Source: Squalus acanthias
Lineage: Eukaryota
Length of the DNA stretch: 64,000 nt
Reading direction: 5' to 3'
Assembly: GCA_030390025.1 (NCBI GenBank)
Contig: CM059425.1
Location: 262,942,001-263,006,000 of the forward strand
The notes under the pieces were generated by a model. It saw only the letters and a list, made by a program, of their open reading frames with translations. It made no database searches and was not told the origin of the DNA. A program made the position numbers and the translations under genes. Positions 12,236 to 26,860 of this stretch are shown in pieces (position 1 is the first letter of the stretch; every line of letters begins with the position of its first letter).

Positions 12236-14189
12236 GTATCCTTCAAAAATCTTACATCTGCAGACAAACTTATGTCAATGTTTTCCATTATGTCCACATT
12301 TAGAATGGAAACTGCCTGTGTAAGCTTGTAATGCTGAAAATGTACCATCCCTTCCCCAGTGATGCTGCTTTCCCTCACACTTTCCTTCCCCATTAACATC
12401 ACCTGAACACTTCCAGTTTATCACAACCAGCATGTAATACAAATGAGGGAGTGAACCTTCCGTAACCCAGCTCAGTGATGCTGCAGATCTTCAATCGCCA
12501 ATCCAATACTTCTTGAACATTACACGTCACCATCAAGATGCCAACACACTTTTAAGAATAATGTTCACTAGTTTATAATTTTCCCCCCTGCAAATTTAAA
12601 ACAATTGTCCAATTTCAGGATCCAGGCAAGCACAAACATGTTGTCTGGCTCCTCCTCCTCAGAATGATTATAGAATGCACCGACAAAACCTGACCACTTC
12701 TGTAAAAACACACTCCCTTCCTTTGTTGGAAGACTCCTTGAAATTCCCACAGGGAATCTACAACATTCATTACATCCAGTAGGAATACCCTGAACTCAAA
12801 TGGTGAAGGAGGACAAATCACTCGATTACACAATAAAACTCTCGACTCCAGCCCCACGTCCAAGATGCACTGAGGGATCAGAAAACAGGCATCAGTATTC
12901 TGGTTGCCAACGAGCGCACATTTTTGAGTTGCTGCCTAAAATTACACTTAGTTGCCACGGGCTATGACTCAGAGTAACCTATGAAATTCCACATGGCTTA
13001 GATCCAAGATTATTTTTAAAATTTGGCTCCTACAACATGTGTGCAGCCCAGCCAAAATCATTAACTCTTGACAATTGCAAACAAAAACTGGCTTCAATAA
13101 ACCAATCGAATCATCTGATCACCATATAGACAACTGTGGTTTTTTTGTGAATTTTATGTTCTTTAACTGGATCATGTTGTTGCTGGGAAATGAGTCATTT
13201 ACATTTCAGGTACCCAGTATGGCATCAAGCAGACCCAATATAGCACAAATTAGATGTAGAGGAAACGCCCTCTCATTTGCAGCATCAATATGCCTCAGTC
13301 CTCAAAAGAATACCCCCGATGACATTCTTCCATTTCCTACATCAGTCATCTTGTGGCCTCTCTGACTGTCAATTTTGTGCCAATTTGTTTAACATTAGTA
13401 ACATTTTGTGCAGTCGGCCCATGGCTACTAGACAACCAAATGCAGTACGAGTGCTAGTCCATTCTGTTCTAATGTTTTTAACTAAGAGAGTCCTGATGGA
13501 CAAGCCTTGAAATTCTTGGCGGCCACCATGCCACTGGAAGTTCAACAGGGCGTGACTTCCACAAGTTTGCCCCGAGCGGTGCACATCAGCAGCACCTGTC
13601 CTTCCCCTCCTCAGAAATTCACAAATCGCCAACCCCCTGTCCATCCAGATAATGCTGACTTTACGTGGCCAGAGGCCAGAAACTGCCAGCCCTCAGAATA
13701 CTGAAATCCTGGATTGAGACTTCACCTAGTTCGCTTACAGCCAGCAGATAAGAGAGACTCTCACCCCATCAGTTTCAGCTGAATTTGGAGCCAGGTTTCA
13801 GGGAAGAAAGGGAAGTACCTAGCTTAGTGCACCACCCAGTCTCCCTCCATTAACTCAGAGTGTGGCATTTCCTTTGGTTTAATAAAGCAGCCAGTGGCAG
13901 CAAAATCCTCAAGTTCCGCACAAAATTGCGGCAACAACAACAAACACCCATCCCAGCTGTTTGCACAAATGCCGTGATTTGTGAGAGTAGTACTGTATTC
14001 GCTAATGCTATTATGCTCAATGGAAAGAAGGAAACTAAGCAATGCTAATTCCCCGGTAACAATAAGGATTCAGATCATATCCATGCCGACAGGCAGCACA
14101 CTGTCTGTCAAGGTTTCAGACTGCCAGGCAGTTCCAGTCACACATTGTGGTGAGAGAGGAGCCAGAGGGGGGCTGGGGATTAACCCATC

Positions 14190-14850
14190 TAGAGTACTGC
14201 GTTCACTTCTGGGCACCACGACATATTGGCCTTGGAGGGGGTGGAGCCCCGGTTCACCAGGATGATACCGGGGGATAGATGAGGACAGGTTGCATAAACT
14301 TGGTTTGTACTCCCTTGAGTATAGGAGATTTGAGGAGTGATTTAAATTTTTTTTTAAGAATTTGATAGAGTAGAAAAAGAAACTATTTCCTCTGGTGGGG
14401 AAATCCAGAACAAGGGACATAATCTTAAAATTAGAGCTAGGCTGTGCAGGAGCGAAATCAGGAAATACTTTTTCCACACAAAGGGTAGCAGAAATCTGGA
14501 ATTCTCTCCCCCAAAAGGTTGTGGATGCTTGGGGTCAACTGGGGATTTCAAGACAAATTTTTGTTAGGTAAGGGTATCAAGGGATATGGAGCAAAGGTAG
14601 GAAAATGGAGTTGAGGTACAGATCAGCCATGTGACTACAAGCCAACAAATCCCCTGGACCTGATGGCCTACATAGAGTCATACGGCACAGAAGGAGGCCA
14701 TTCGGCCCATCGAGTCCATGCTCTCTGTAGAGCAATCCAGTCAGTCCCATTCCCCCGCTCTATCCCCGTAGCCCTGCAAGTTTATTTCCCTCAGTGCCTT
14801 TCCAGTCTGCCCTTGAAAACCTTGAGTGCTTCCGCTTCCACCACTTCCTG
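14190..14850. mobile_element. CR1 3' fragments (+ at about 14190-14630, - at about 14670-14850)
   Basis: Homologous to the 3' ends of the CR1 copies at 33253 and 31565. Confidence 0.75.
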
Positions 14851-14919
14851 AATGCAGATTATCAGGCCCTGGGGATTTATCGGGACTGAAAGCCGAATAA
14901 TAATTACATGAATACAGAA

Positions 14920-15872
14920 TTCAAAGTACTGCAGATGCTGGAAATCAGAAATAAAAACAGAAATTGGACGAAAGGTCATCGACCTGAAATGTTAACTCTG
15001 TTTCTCTCTCTACAGATGCTGCCTGACTTGCTGGGCGGGGCTGCTGCCTTCCGGGTTCTAGTCCTGCCCCCAGCGACGTCCAATGCACAGACACTATTTT
15101 CCTATGATTGGCCTTGTTAAGCCCGCCTGCGGGCTTGCTGGCCAACTAAGGGAAAGCCGGTGTCAGATGACGTCAGTTGATGACGCTTCATCTGCCGGTT
15201 TTCTTAAAGGGACATGAACCACTTATTTTTGACAGATGATTTGACAGTGTTTGACAGCATTGAGGTGCTGTCAAACACTGACAATCACTGTACAAAGGTG
15301 AGCCCTTGCACCCAGGCTCTCCAATAACTCTCTCCTTAGGATAAAACAGATGGCAGCTGCAGGTGAGGGTACAGAAGCGATGTTACTTCTCCTAATGAGG
15401 TGAGGCCACACAAACACTTCAAAGCTTGTCACCTACAGAAAAATCTAAACACATTAAAAATGACTTTCCCAACATTTCCTTACTTCTGATACTCGCCAGT
15501 GTCCCATTGCATCCTTCACACTTCTGTAGCTGTCATCTATACACAAACATTACAACAGACCCACAGCACGCCTCACTTACCCTGGCGGGGTTCCCCGACA
15601 TCGGGAAGCCCGCAGCAGAAGTCGCAAAATGGGGAAAAGCCTCTTAACTGCCTGTTAAGTGGCTATAATCCTCTTCCCACCGCTAGGAGTCGGGTCCCTG
15701 CGCAAATAGGGAACCTGACTCCCGGGAAGATTGGTTGGAGGCGGGTTGGGAGCGGGTTCAGGACCCGCTCCCATTCTTTTTCATTTTCCCAGCAATCCCG
15801 CCTCCAAACCCGCCTCCTACGGGCTAATAAAATCCAGCCCGCTGAGTGGTTCCAGCATTTTCTGTTTTTATT
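14920..15872 (+). mobile_element. Penelope-derived short element with a degenerate hammerhead core, split by a MITE
   Basis: TGGACGA-a-AGGTC-atc-GACCT-GAAA-TGTTAAC at 14965-14996; the element resumes after 15840 (gctgagtggttccagcattttctgtttttatt), which is inverted relative to 14935-14963. Confidence 0.6.
15033..15840. mobile_element. GGG...CCC-ended MITE-like DNA element
   Basis: Right end AAAATCCAGCCC; flanked by GCT/GCT (15030-15032, 15841-15843); contains TGACGTCA at 15168-15175. Confidence 0.6.
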
Positions 15873-17949
15873 ATATAAATAATTCCATTATTTTATACTT
15901 TTGTCCTCATCAGAGTAAGCGATGGACAATGAAATGAGTCAGTAGCACGGGTACACGTTCTGTAAAGCATCTTGCCAACTTCAGTTTATGCATTCACCCA
16001 GCCCTGTCGAACAGTCAACACGGTATGGACTGCTTTTGCTGGTGACTTTTTCAGATAGCTAATCTTTCTTCTAACCTCTAGTCTTGCTTCAGACTTACCC
16101 AAGTAACCCCCCTTTTTCTCCAATGTTCTCCCCTCCTGAAAGAGCTGCCTCCTTGCACGGTACAGTTCTGCAGTCACCAGATACCATCTGGTACCTCAAC
16201 CAAGTGAGTATCATTCATGTGAGAGTCTAGACAGTGAGTGTTGACTATTCAACGTCAGAAGGCAGCGCAGACATAACCAATTTTATCCTCATTAACACAT
16301 TATCTAGCTGGAGTTACTAGGTAGCAATCCAGAGAAGGGCCGCTGGCTGACTCTCTCTCTTTCTCCCCCTCCCCACGATTACACTCCTGTGAAGTGCCTT
16401 AGAACGTTTTACTACACTATATAACTGCAAGTTGTTGTTGCTGGAAAGTGTGCAAAAGTGGACATCGGGTGGGACGGGGACAGGGTCAGCAAGCCTGCGA
16501 TGCCTCCTCTGCCCACCCCATTTGAAAAGCCTCAATGTCTAGGCTCATAAACCAAGCAAAAATGAATGTCTTCAGCAAATAAAATTCAAGAAAAAAATAA
16601 AGCTAGCATAGTGGATTTTCCTCAATGAGCACCCCACTCGGTGATGACAGGTGCATTGCACCCGAGGTATCTTGCACCTCAAGGGGAAACAGCTGTCTCT
16701 GACTCCTATGACATTTGCATGTTCCAGGGCACTGCAGGTGAAGGGTTGCCCCTGTGGCTGGGCCAGCCACCAAAATATTCTGGAGGGAGATAGATATGCA
16801 AATACAGGCCTATTTGGATGCTGCCGCAGACCCTCTAGGTCCAAGCACAAGCCATTGCGCCAAGTCTCTTCAGGCACTCAGCAGTTGCATTAGCAGTGAA
16901 ATGAGAAAGATGGCCAGGAACACCTCCTCACGCCTCATTAGAACAGGTGCTGCAGGTATAGGGCCAGATATATAAACACATACACTGTACCTGTACTACC
17001 AAATATCTATCCATAGCAAATCCTGGAACATCGTAATGGGGCAAGGCCCTGACATAAGTATTCTTTTTCCCATTTTCCTCTTCCCTGTGCCTAGGGAATA
17101 TCAGGCAAGAGGAAAGGCTACTCAACATGTTTTTGCTCAAGTTCACTATGCAAGTCAGACCAGAAAGAAAGATGAACTTGTATTTATATGGTAACTTTCA
17201 CAATGTTCCAAAGTGCTTTACAGCCAATGAAATATTTTGAATAAGAAATAGGAGCAGGAGTAGGCCATTCGGCCCTTCGAGCCTGCTCCACCATTCAATG
17301 AGATCATGGCTGATCTTCTGCCTCAACTCCATTCACCGGCCCTATCGCCATATCCCTTGATGCCCTTACTAGTCAGAAATCTATCGACGTGTGCTTTATG
17401 AAGCTAAAACAGCATCAATCTCCGATAGTGATCTTTCACTACATAGTAAATCACACAGGATTACTAAGCAGGCTGGTGAGTCATTGTGACTTTGAGATCA
17501 CCTTAATTCACCCCTGCCTGGCTGACAAATGGCATGCTCCAGCTATGGGATGGAATAAGAGGTACTGCACCAAGCAGCACTGGTAACAATCAATGACTCA
17601 ATAAGAATGTATGCCCCCACACCCAATATGGGCATGCTGGCTTGCAGATTCTTACTGCTGTTCGATCCTGTACCTGCTTGTGCTTTTTAAAAAAGGATCT
17701 GTGGTAACTTACCGTATTAACCACCTAAGGAAAGGAAGAGGACTTGACACTAACCAGATAGTGGACTGGAAACAGATTTCAAAAGTTACCAGTCATAGGT
17801 GAAACTATTACACCATTGTGACTTGTTAACTCTCAGTTGAAGGCCACAATCCCAATGTCCTGCATGAGGATCATTCTCAGGCACAGGAAGAATTTATAAA
17901 TTGCCCATTATTTCTCCGAGAAACAGCTCAGTTTCACTTTCAATGAACT

Positions 17950-18372
17950 AATGTGAACTGCAGTCACTATTTAAACAAATGCAGCAGCCATTTTTCACAC
18001 AGCAAGACCAGTTAATATCTGGAGGTGTTAGTTGAGTGAGGATTTGTTGGCCAGGATACCGGAATACTCCCTGGTCTTACTGAATGGCGGAGCAGACTCG
18101 AGGGGCCATATGGTCTACTCCTGCTCCTAATTCTTATGTTCTTCTTCGAATAGTGCTGTGGCATTTTAAACATCCACCTGAACTACCACAGCAGGTAAAT
18201 GGGGCCTTGGCTTAACGTCTCATCTGAAGGATGGCACCTCTGACAATGCAGCACTCCCTCAGTACTGTACTCGAATGTCAGCCTAGATGATATGCTTAAA
18301 TCCCAGATGGATCTTAAACCTGCAACTTTCTGACTCAGAGACAAGGGTACTACCAGCTGAGCCAAGCTGACA
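17950..18372 (-). mobile_element. Degenerate SacSINE1-like SINE with an inserted CR1 3' tail
   Basis: Head at about 18300-18372 and Deu core; CR1 tail at about 18080-18145. Confidence 0.7.
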
Positions 18373-18840
18373 CTTACTGCAACACACTGCACCGAGGAAG
18401 GATGGTACACTGGTCTGCATTTGAGTCTCCACAGTATGCGATTTTAAATGATATGCCCAAGAATTTGCTGAGCGGATGCAAGACTTTGAGAGCAGGAATT
18501 ACAGAACCATCAGCAGTTCTATTAACATTATAAGCCCTATAATTCTCAGTGCTGTCAATTGTTTTATAATTCTGGGATAGTCTTGCCTCTTCCTTTGCTT
18601 TCTTTCACTGGACACCGTTTAGTAGAGGGAAGGGCACTGAATCTCAACTCTAGCAAAATCACACAGCTGATTGGGCTGCAAATGGAAACGCAGAGGAACA
18701 TAGAGCCAAGGCCTATAGGTTAAGGGGAAGTGGGTTGCAAGTGATTCCTGGGTGATGAGGAAAATGGAGGGCACATTCAAATACTGTATGTTAGGCAGTG
18801 GTAACAGTGAGTATGCTGGGGCAACAGAAAACATTGCAAG

Positions 18841-19301
18841 AAAGAAAAAGAAAGGAAGACTTGCATTTATATAGCGCCTTACACGGCCTTAGGGCGTCAC
18901 AAAGCACTTTACAGCCAATGAAGTATTTTTAAAGTGTAGACACTGTTATAACGTAGGAAACGTGGCAGCCAATTTGCGCACAGCAAGCTCCCGCAAACAG
19001 TGATGTGATAGTTACCAGATAAACTGGTTTTTTTTGTGATGTTGATTGAGGGATAAATATTGGCCAGGACACTGGGGATAACTCCCCTGCTCGTCTTCGA
19101 AACAGTGTCATTGGATCTTTTACGTCCACCTGAGAGAGCAGACGGGTCCTCGGTTTAACGTCTCATCCGAAAGACAGCACTCCCTCGGTACTGCACTGGA
19201 GTATCAGCCTAGATTTTGTGCTCAAGTCTCTGGAGTGGGACTTGAACCCACAACCTTCTGACTCAGAGGCGAGTGCGCTACCAACTGAATCACGGCTGAC
19301 A
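18841..19301 (-). mobile_element. SacSINE1-like DeuSINE, full length
   Basis: tRNA head with GGTTCAAGTCC B box, Deu core, L2-type tail. Confidence 0.9.
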
Positions 19302-21693
19302 CGACAAGAGTCAAACACACTACCAGTGTTCACATCGTGTTCCAGTGGTTCCTGACCGCTAAACCCAGACAGAGCCCCTTCAGTAAAGCCCGGTCAGAAG
19401 AATAGCTCATGTGTTGTCTACCCTCTCCCTCCATTTTCTCTCAACACGTTCTCAGAACATGGCTTCATTATTATTCCAACACACCATTGTTATACCAAGA
19501 CACAGGTAAGAGGTCATTCAAACAAGGGTAAACTTTCCAGGGATACATTCAGAGGAGGTACTTTTACTCAAAGTACTCCCCCACAATTGGTTGGAAAGAA
19601 AATACTAAAACTATTCAACTTAGTTTTTTTTTAAAGTAAATCCTCCAGCCATTGTCAAGTCTCCTCACTGCAAGATGTGCTTCAATGTCATCATCAGACA
19701 GTGAAGTGCTTTTGCTTCTCAGAACAGCAAAAGGGAAAGAAAGGATAACCTGAGTACTCTGAATAAAATGGACATAGTAATGAATTAAAAGTACCCTCCA
19801 AGTTCTTTCCACTTTAAATGCATTCAATAATTAAATGTTCACGGACTGGGTGCTGCAATGAGCGAGTCGCAATTCTTTTCTGGATGACAATCCAGCCCAG
19901 GTTCAGGGAAGGAATCTCCGCCCTTGTTAGCTGTTAGGACACCAAATTAGTCTGTGCAGTCTCAAGCCAGTTCCCAGCGAGACTGTGTCCATAATATAAA
20001 TTACCCATAACCAAGCAGATTCTCAGAGACAACAACCAAAGTTGGTGTGAGAAATGCACTTTTAAGATTGAGATTAATGCACATTTTGAGAGCGGAGCAG
20101 GAGTCTAATGTTGTAACACCTGGCGTGTAGAGGGAGCCTTACACTGTATCTAAGCTGTGCTGTACCTAACATGGGAGTACCTGATGTTGCCACAGGTAAC
20201 AAAAGTATGAAAAATGTTCCATTCTTCAGCATAAATATATAAAATGTAATACATTATATATTATACCCAGCAACCACAGCCTTTTGGGGAGTTTTCTCCA
20301 GATTTCCACTACCCTTTGTATGAAAGAAGTGCTTCCTGATTTTAATCCTAAATGGCTCATTCTAATTTTAAAATTAGACTTGTTCTGGATTCCCCCAGCA
20401 GTGTTTGAGCACTGTACTCAGTCTATGAGTACCATTTGGCTACTAAATCTGAGTTTTGGGTGCTAATGGGTACCCTCTTCTGATTCTTTGCTGCTCAGCT
20501 TATAATTGGCAGGGACCAACCCATTCAGAATATTGGCTGCCATCTTGCCCTGCAGTTTGGCATTCTGTTCCGATGGGAGGCTGGTAGCTGGATGGCATCC
20601 TACCAGCGAATCCAAGCATTGGCCCCTTTCATGCTCCTGCTCACTCCTGGGCCTCAGCACCAGGTCTCCCAATCACCCAGCCTCTACTGAGTGATCCGAC
20701 TCTACTCCTCATCTGGGAATGTCTCTTCTCTCTCCAGGCAGCTCTGCCCCATTGCACAGAATTTCACCGCTCAGAGAAGCAGTGGTACTACCAGAAGGCA
20801 CGATTCTGAGATACTTAACACAAATGTTGAGATATTTAGAATGCAGTCTATTTCCCATAGTTTTCAATATTTTTTAAACTGTGTGTGTAATATCAGAGAC
20901 GCTGTTGGGAGCAGTCCGAGCCTGGTTGTACACAATAGCTGATTAAATATCCTTAGTGCACAATAATCCAGCTCCCTCACATCGCGAGGCTCAATAGCTC
21001 TTTCTAGCCAGCAATATTACTAACTGTATCTCGACTGATGTTAATCCAATTCCTTCCCACTGTCGAAATCAACAACTCCTCCCAGCCACTCCCCCTTGTG
21101 TTACTATCTCTTGTGATGTTACAGCTCTCACATTGCTGGGCTCAGCTCCTATCACAGGGAAAACATAGTTTCAATTTTCGCATAGTGCGCAGATAGACAT
21201 TCAGTACAGTGCTTCAGTTTTCAAGAGATACTGAATGACTAGAAGAGGACATGTGTGAAGTTTCAAGGACAATGTCTGCACAAATTGAGCATCGCACAAA
21301 CCTTCTATGATTTGTAAACAAATGACATAAGCTGCACTTTTTCCCATCACTTGGACACGAATTCGCCAAAAGTAAAACACCATGAGAAGCGGTTTTACGC
21401 TATTCTGCTGGCAGGCAAAGGCTCCCCTCTGGGAGCACAGATTCAGAATTTGTTTTCCTACCATAGAGAAACCAAGGCCCTTAGTGTAGCACAACAACAA
21501 GGAAGATGAAAACAATAAGAAAGGCAACAAGGTAAATCAGGAAGTACTCTTTAGGTAACAGCAAGCTTAGCTTTTAAAGTCTGAAGGTCGATGGAGAAAC
21601 GACAGATTGAAAAAGGAGTTCCACTGTTTTTCATGAAGACATTGCTCCTTTGATTTGACAGTGACTAATGCTGGCATTTTTACATTACAAACT

Positions 21694-22146
21694 AAAAAGA
21701 CTTGGATTTACATAGTGCCTTTCATGTCCTCAGGATGTCTCAAAGTACTTTACAGCCAATGCATTACTTTTGAAGTGCAGTCACTGTTGTAATGTAGGAA
21801 ACACGGCAGCCAATTTGCGCACAGCAAGCTCCCACAAACAGCAGTGTGATAATGACCAGATCACCTGTTTTTTAGTGATGTTGATTGAAGGATAAATATT
21901 GGCCAGGACACTGGGGATAACTCCCCTGCTCTTCTTCGAAATAGTGCCATGGGTTCTTTTACGTCCACCCAAGAGAGCAGACAGGGCCTTGGTTTAACGT
22001 CTCACCTGAAAGTCGGCACCTCTGACAGTGCAGCACTCCCTCGAGTGTCAGCCTAGATTTTTGTGCTCAAATCTCTGGAGTGTGACTTGAACCCATAACA
22101 TTCTGACTCAGAGGCGAGAGTGCTACCAACTGAGCCACGGCTGACA
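21694..22146 (-). mobile_element. SacSINE1-like DeuSINE, full length
   Basis: Same three-part structure as 18841-19301. Confidence 0.9.
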
Positions 22147-22968
22147 CAGTGAACAGTAGAACCTTTATGGTACAAGTTGGAGCAACTTTTACAAACCAAC
22201 AATGCCCCTATGCCAAGCATAGTGTATTGGAAGAATGTGTAGATCAAGGACGCTGAAACTACGATACTTCAGGCTTCCTATCAACAATTTTCAGAAATCT
22301 CATACTGAATTCTACAGAGGAATTAAGAGAAAACTGACACAGTAACTTTTCTAATACTAGATATATTCAGCTTCATTTGCAAATATGGTCTGCTTTATCA
22401 GCTATCTGATGTGCCAGTGGCAGCAACTAGCATAAGGTGAACACTGCACCTATCTATTATATTGGCAGGCTGCCCAATTTGGACACCAGTACAGTCATAA
22501 AGCATATTTAGCACAAAAACATTGTACAAAGATATCTTATTTAGCCAAATCATTTTCAAGTTGCAAGATACTGTTAACAGGGTCACTAGATAATGATCAG
22601 GAGCAGCAACCATAGTCGATTTCTTCCTAAATCTCTGAGATGTTGAGGTCAATTGAAGCAATCACATTGCCATCCAGCACAGATCAGGGAATGAACCTCA
22701 ATCCATCCTAGTTAATAACACTCAGTACCACAAGAAATGGTGCATTTACCAGCTAAGCCATCAGGACACACAGCTTTAAAGGAGTCGGGAGTAATTTCCC
22801 CAGGTATTGCAGCGCTTGTTTCAGAAAATGCTCTACCATTCTAAAATAATTCTCTTGTAAAGGACATATCTGTACAGTTCCAACAGATCGTCAAAGTGTG
22901 AAAACACACATAGGATTTACATCAGCTAGGAAGGCAGGGAAGCATGATAGAGCACATGCACTTGGAAC

Positions 22969-23136
22969 CAATGTTCCCTGTAAGCTGTGCTTTGTTCTGC
23001 GCGGCCTGGTTCTTTTACTGCGCGGTCCCTTTAAATTTCTGCACATGGGTGGTATTTACAATGTAAAATCCGATGAGCAGCCTACGCGGGACCTTTGAGA
23101 TTACTACGTGGCCGCGCACCTTGGGGGGGAACATTG
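22969..23136 (+). mobile_element. 168-bp non-autonomous hAT-type MITE
   Basis: TIRs CAATGTTCCC/GGGAACATTG; perfect 8-bp TSD CTTGGAAC at 22961-22968 and 23137-23144. Confidence 0.92.
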
Positions 23137-23309
23137 CTTGGAACCATGAAATTTACTACCGAGAGAAAAGCTGTGCATTATAAAGCATCTCCACATCTCA
23201 GAAATGTCTCAAATCCAATCAATTACTCTGGTAAATGCACCAGCCATTTTACACACATACAGCAACAAGATGAACGACTAGTTAATCTGTTTTGGTGGTG
23301 ATGAATAAT

Positions 23310-23570
23310 AAAGAACTTGCATTATAAAGCAGCATCTTTCACGGCTTCAGGAAATCCCAAAGCATTTCACAGCCAACGATTTGATTTTTGGTTGTTTTGG
23401 GAGAACTCCCCTGCTCTTCTTCATATAGTGCCGTGGGAACTTTTACGGCCACCTGAACAAGCAGACGGGGGCCTCAGTTAAGGTCTCATATGAAAGATGG
23501 CAACACTGACAATGCAGTATTCTCAGTCCTGCACTGAAGTGTTAGCATAGATTGGATTGTGTGCTCAAAC
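23310..23570 (-). mobile_element. Degenerate SacSINE1-like SINE
   Basis: Tail plus Deu core with an internal deletion. Confidence 0.65.
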
Positions 23571-26539
23571 ACATTTTGTTACAGATAAAAAAGGATGGAA
23601 ATGCACTGGCAGCATCTGGTGTTTTTATTTCTACAGCCTGTTTTTCTGGGGACATACTTTCTGACAGCAAAGCTCAACAGGGGGGAAAAATACTAGTGTA
23701 GTGCAGGCTTCTGAGCAGTGTGTAAACAAACAGATTTAACAGTATGACCCCGAGCAGGATGCCCCATGATGCTTTGCAACAGGAATGCACTGGGAGCCCT
23801 CCCTGTTTTAAGTGTGCCCTAGGTAGGCCTCAAAAATAGTTCTCTCTCCTGGAAATAATCAAGCTGCACAAAAAACTTTTGAAGAGCTTCAATCCCATAT
23901 CATACCCTGCCTATTAAGCACATTACATTTTTAGAAAACAGCAATGACACAATGTTTAAAATGAGTGCCTCCAACTAAATAACCACAACTTCCTAATTTG
24001 AATGTTAAGCTCGTACTGCATCAAATCAGGCTTCCCACCCATCCACTCCAAAACATTTCACAGATTTGCCCTGAAGTAATGGCAACCCCGTGCGGAATGG
24101 GGAGGGGAGGGGGTGAAGAGAGGCGAGGCAGAGTTAAACTAAAAGCATAGTTAGTTGCACAATTTCCTGCAACACTGCTCCCTCTAAAAGCACAGAACCC
24201 CCGAGGGTTCACTATATTGCAGGAAGTGGTCTGCCAAGCAAGGTTATTGCAGGTTACCAGAGGCCGTTTTTCACTATTTGTCCAAGTAAAGGAAAGCAGC
24301 CTGGGTCTGCAGGGAGATTGCTTTGGAGTATCCGAATACACTTTCATTCCACAGTCATTCACAATTACACTCAGTCACTTTTGACATTGGCTCATTGACA
24401 CTCTGCAAAAAGGGCTGGCTGTCTGGAACAACAAGATGCTGGATGAAAGCCAACCTGCAGGAAAGGCAGCCACTGCAGGCCCCTTTACTCGTTTTTTTAC
24501 ACCTGCTCTTAAAGCTGCAGTGCCTCACATTCACCTTGTAATCATACAGTTCACAGGACGACACTGTGGTGCAGTGTTGGGAGTTAGTAAGCCTGCTCAC
24601 ACAGAGGGATGGGCTGTAGGGCCCTGCCTGTGGCGCTCCACGTATGAATTCTTCATGTGGGCCGTGCTGCTGTGGTGGAAGCGCACAGGTGCAAACAGAA
24701 AGAAACACTGCAACAATCATCCCAGGCAACTCCACAATCCTGCAGAGCTCGTAAGTGACCAATTTCAGAGGGGAATCAGCAGAGACCAAGCAGCAAGGAG
24801 GATTTATTTTTTTACAATGAAGATAGAGATCAGTTAGATTGAGGGATACGGTGAGAAGGTGAGTATGTAGGTTTGTTCTATGAAAAAGAGACAGGCTTGT
24901 TCGAATTAATCACCTTTTACTGTACCTATTTTTTAATCCAATTACCCCCCCACATCACATATGTAGAGAACTTGTGCTATTGATCCTTGTTCTACATCAT
25001 TTGAGTTCTGCTGATTGGCAGAAACTCCCAGTCTCTGATGTGATAGCTTGCATTAACTGCCATAATGTTTCAATCTGATTAGTATGCAACATACTACATC
25101 AACACACCAGAGAACTCCAAACCACAACTCCAAAAAATGGCAGTTCACTAGTATCCACAAAGCTACAATGCAGGACAAAAGCAATAAATCTCTCAGCGCT
25201 GCCACATAAAGGCATGCTACTGCCGAAAGTACATCACATTTCGATTTCTAGTGTGAATTATCGCATCTCAAAGCACCGCACAATTACTTCTGGAATGCAG
25301 TGACTCGTTAGGTAGGCAACATCCCAATGAGATGACGGACCAGATAATCTGTTTTTGGTGGTTTCTTGTAGGAAGAGGCTGTGATTAAGCAGCTGCTCAC
25401 ACCACTACGGTAATCGAAGACCTACTAAATTTAACATTAAAATTCGATTCCGCTTTGCCCAGTGAGGTACATTTCCAGTCAATTCAAATGTGCATCACAA
25501 ATACAATCGAATTTTTCAAACTGAAAACTAGGTGAAAGGCCACAGTCCCGGCCACCAGGTTGAAGAGAGATTATGTACATCAGGAAGTCGTGGTTAGGTG
25601 TTTCCAAGTTTGAGTTTTAAAAGCCTGTAGGGGGAAAATAAGATGGAGAAAATCCCTGGGAAAGTACAAGTTAAAAGGAGATGAGTTCAACACAGTGGTG
25701 ACGCGGAGAGGAGGGAGAGCTTGTTGGACAGCATATTTAAAGCTTAGGAGGAACAAGAGGAAAGTTCGGAGGAGCACTGACTACATTGATAGTGTTGATA
25801 GAACAGTGAAAGAATGTCTGCAATATTTTACAAGCTGGTAACGCATCAAGAGGTTGAGCTAGTTTGCATACAAGATTATACACAATCTGCAGTGTGGTGT
25901 AATAAAGTAACACATCAAAACGTTTAGATGACTCAAGCCACGCAGGGAAAGCTCAAGTAGTTTATTAATACCATGTCAACATCAGACAGGCTATCCCCTG
26001 TAATACAACCTAGAGTTATTTTACCCAATATATACTATGCATTCTTACCTATCTTTTTAAAGATATGAATGATTTGCATGTAGCAGCATCTGATCTGTGA
26101 TCATTGCCAGTTTTTTTAATTCTTCTCCACCTCCCCACACCATTTGATTTCCTATCCTTCTCCCACTCCACCCTTTCCTGAAAACACTCTTGCTGAAACA
26201 CTGTTCGACATGGATCAGCATTCCTCTAGTACCTCATTCAAGTGGACACTCTTCAGGCAAGAGCCCAGCAATGAATGTTGGTGGGATATCCCTCATGTGG
26301 GTATCACCGTCAAGTCCAATCCTGTTCCCAACCGTTCCCCACACAAACACACACACATTTTCCTGGCAGAGTGTGGGTTACTGGACAGTGAGCAGGAGCA
26401 GAAACTAAATTTTCCCCTCCTCAGCTGAGTGGTATTAAGGACAAGTGCAGTGCCCAAATATTGTCCTGGCTGAGATCCGCTAACTAGGCAAAGGTGAAAA
26501 TTGAAATGGAACCTTCTGGTGTATATATAGGAAATATAG

Positions 26540-26860
26540 AATGGACAGATTTGCATTTGTACAGCACCTTATCATGTCTCTCGGAAACATCTCAGAAGTG
26601 TTTCATATACAATGAATCAATTTGTAGTAACTGTTGTGATGTAGGTAAATGCCACAGCCATTTTGTACACAGCAAGATCCCAGTAAAGAGTGAATGGTCA
26701 GTTAATCTGTTGCTGATATTGTTTGAGAGGGAATGTTGGCCAGAATATTAGGAGAACTCCCTGCTCTATTCTGAATACTGCCATGGGATCTCTAACTTCC
26801 ACCTGAAGGTTTAACGTCTCATCTGAAGGACAGCACCTCTGAAAACGCAGCACTCCCATC
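26540..26860 (-). mobile_element. Degenerate SacSINE1-like SINE
   Basis: Tail and Deu core recognisable. Confidence 0.65.
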
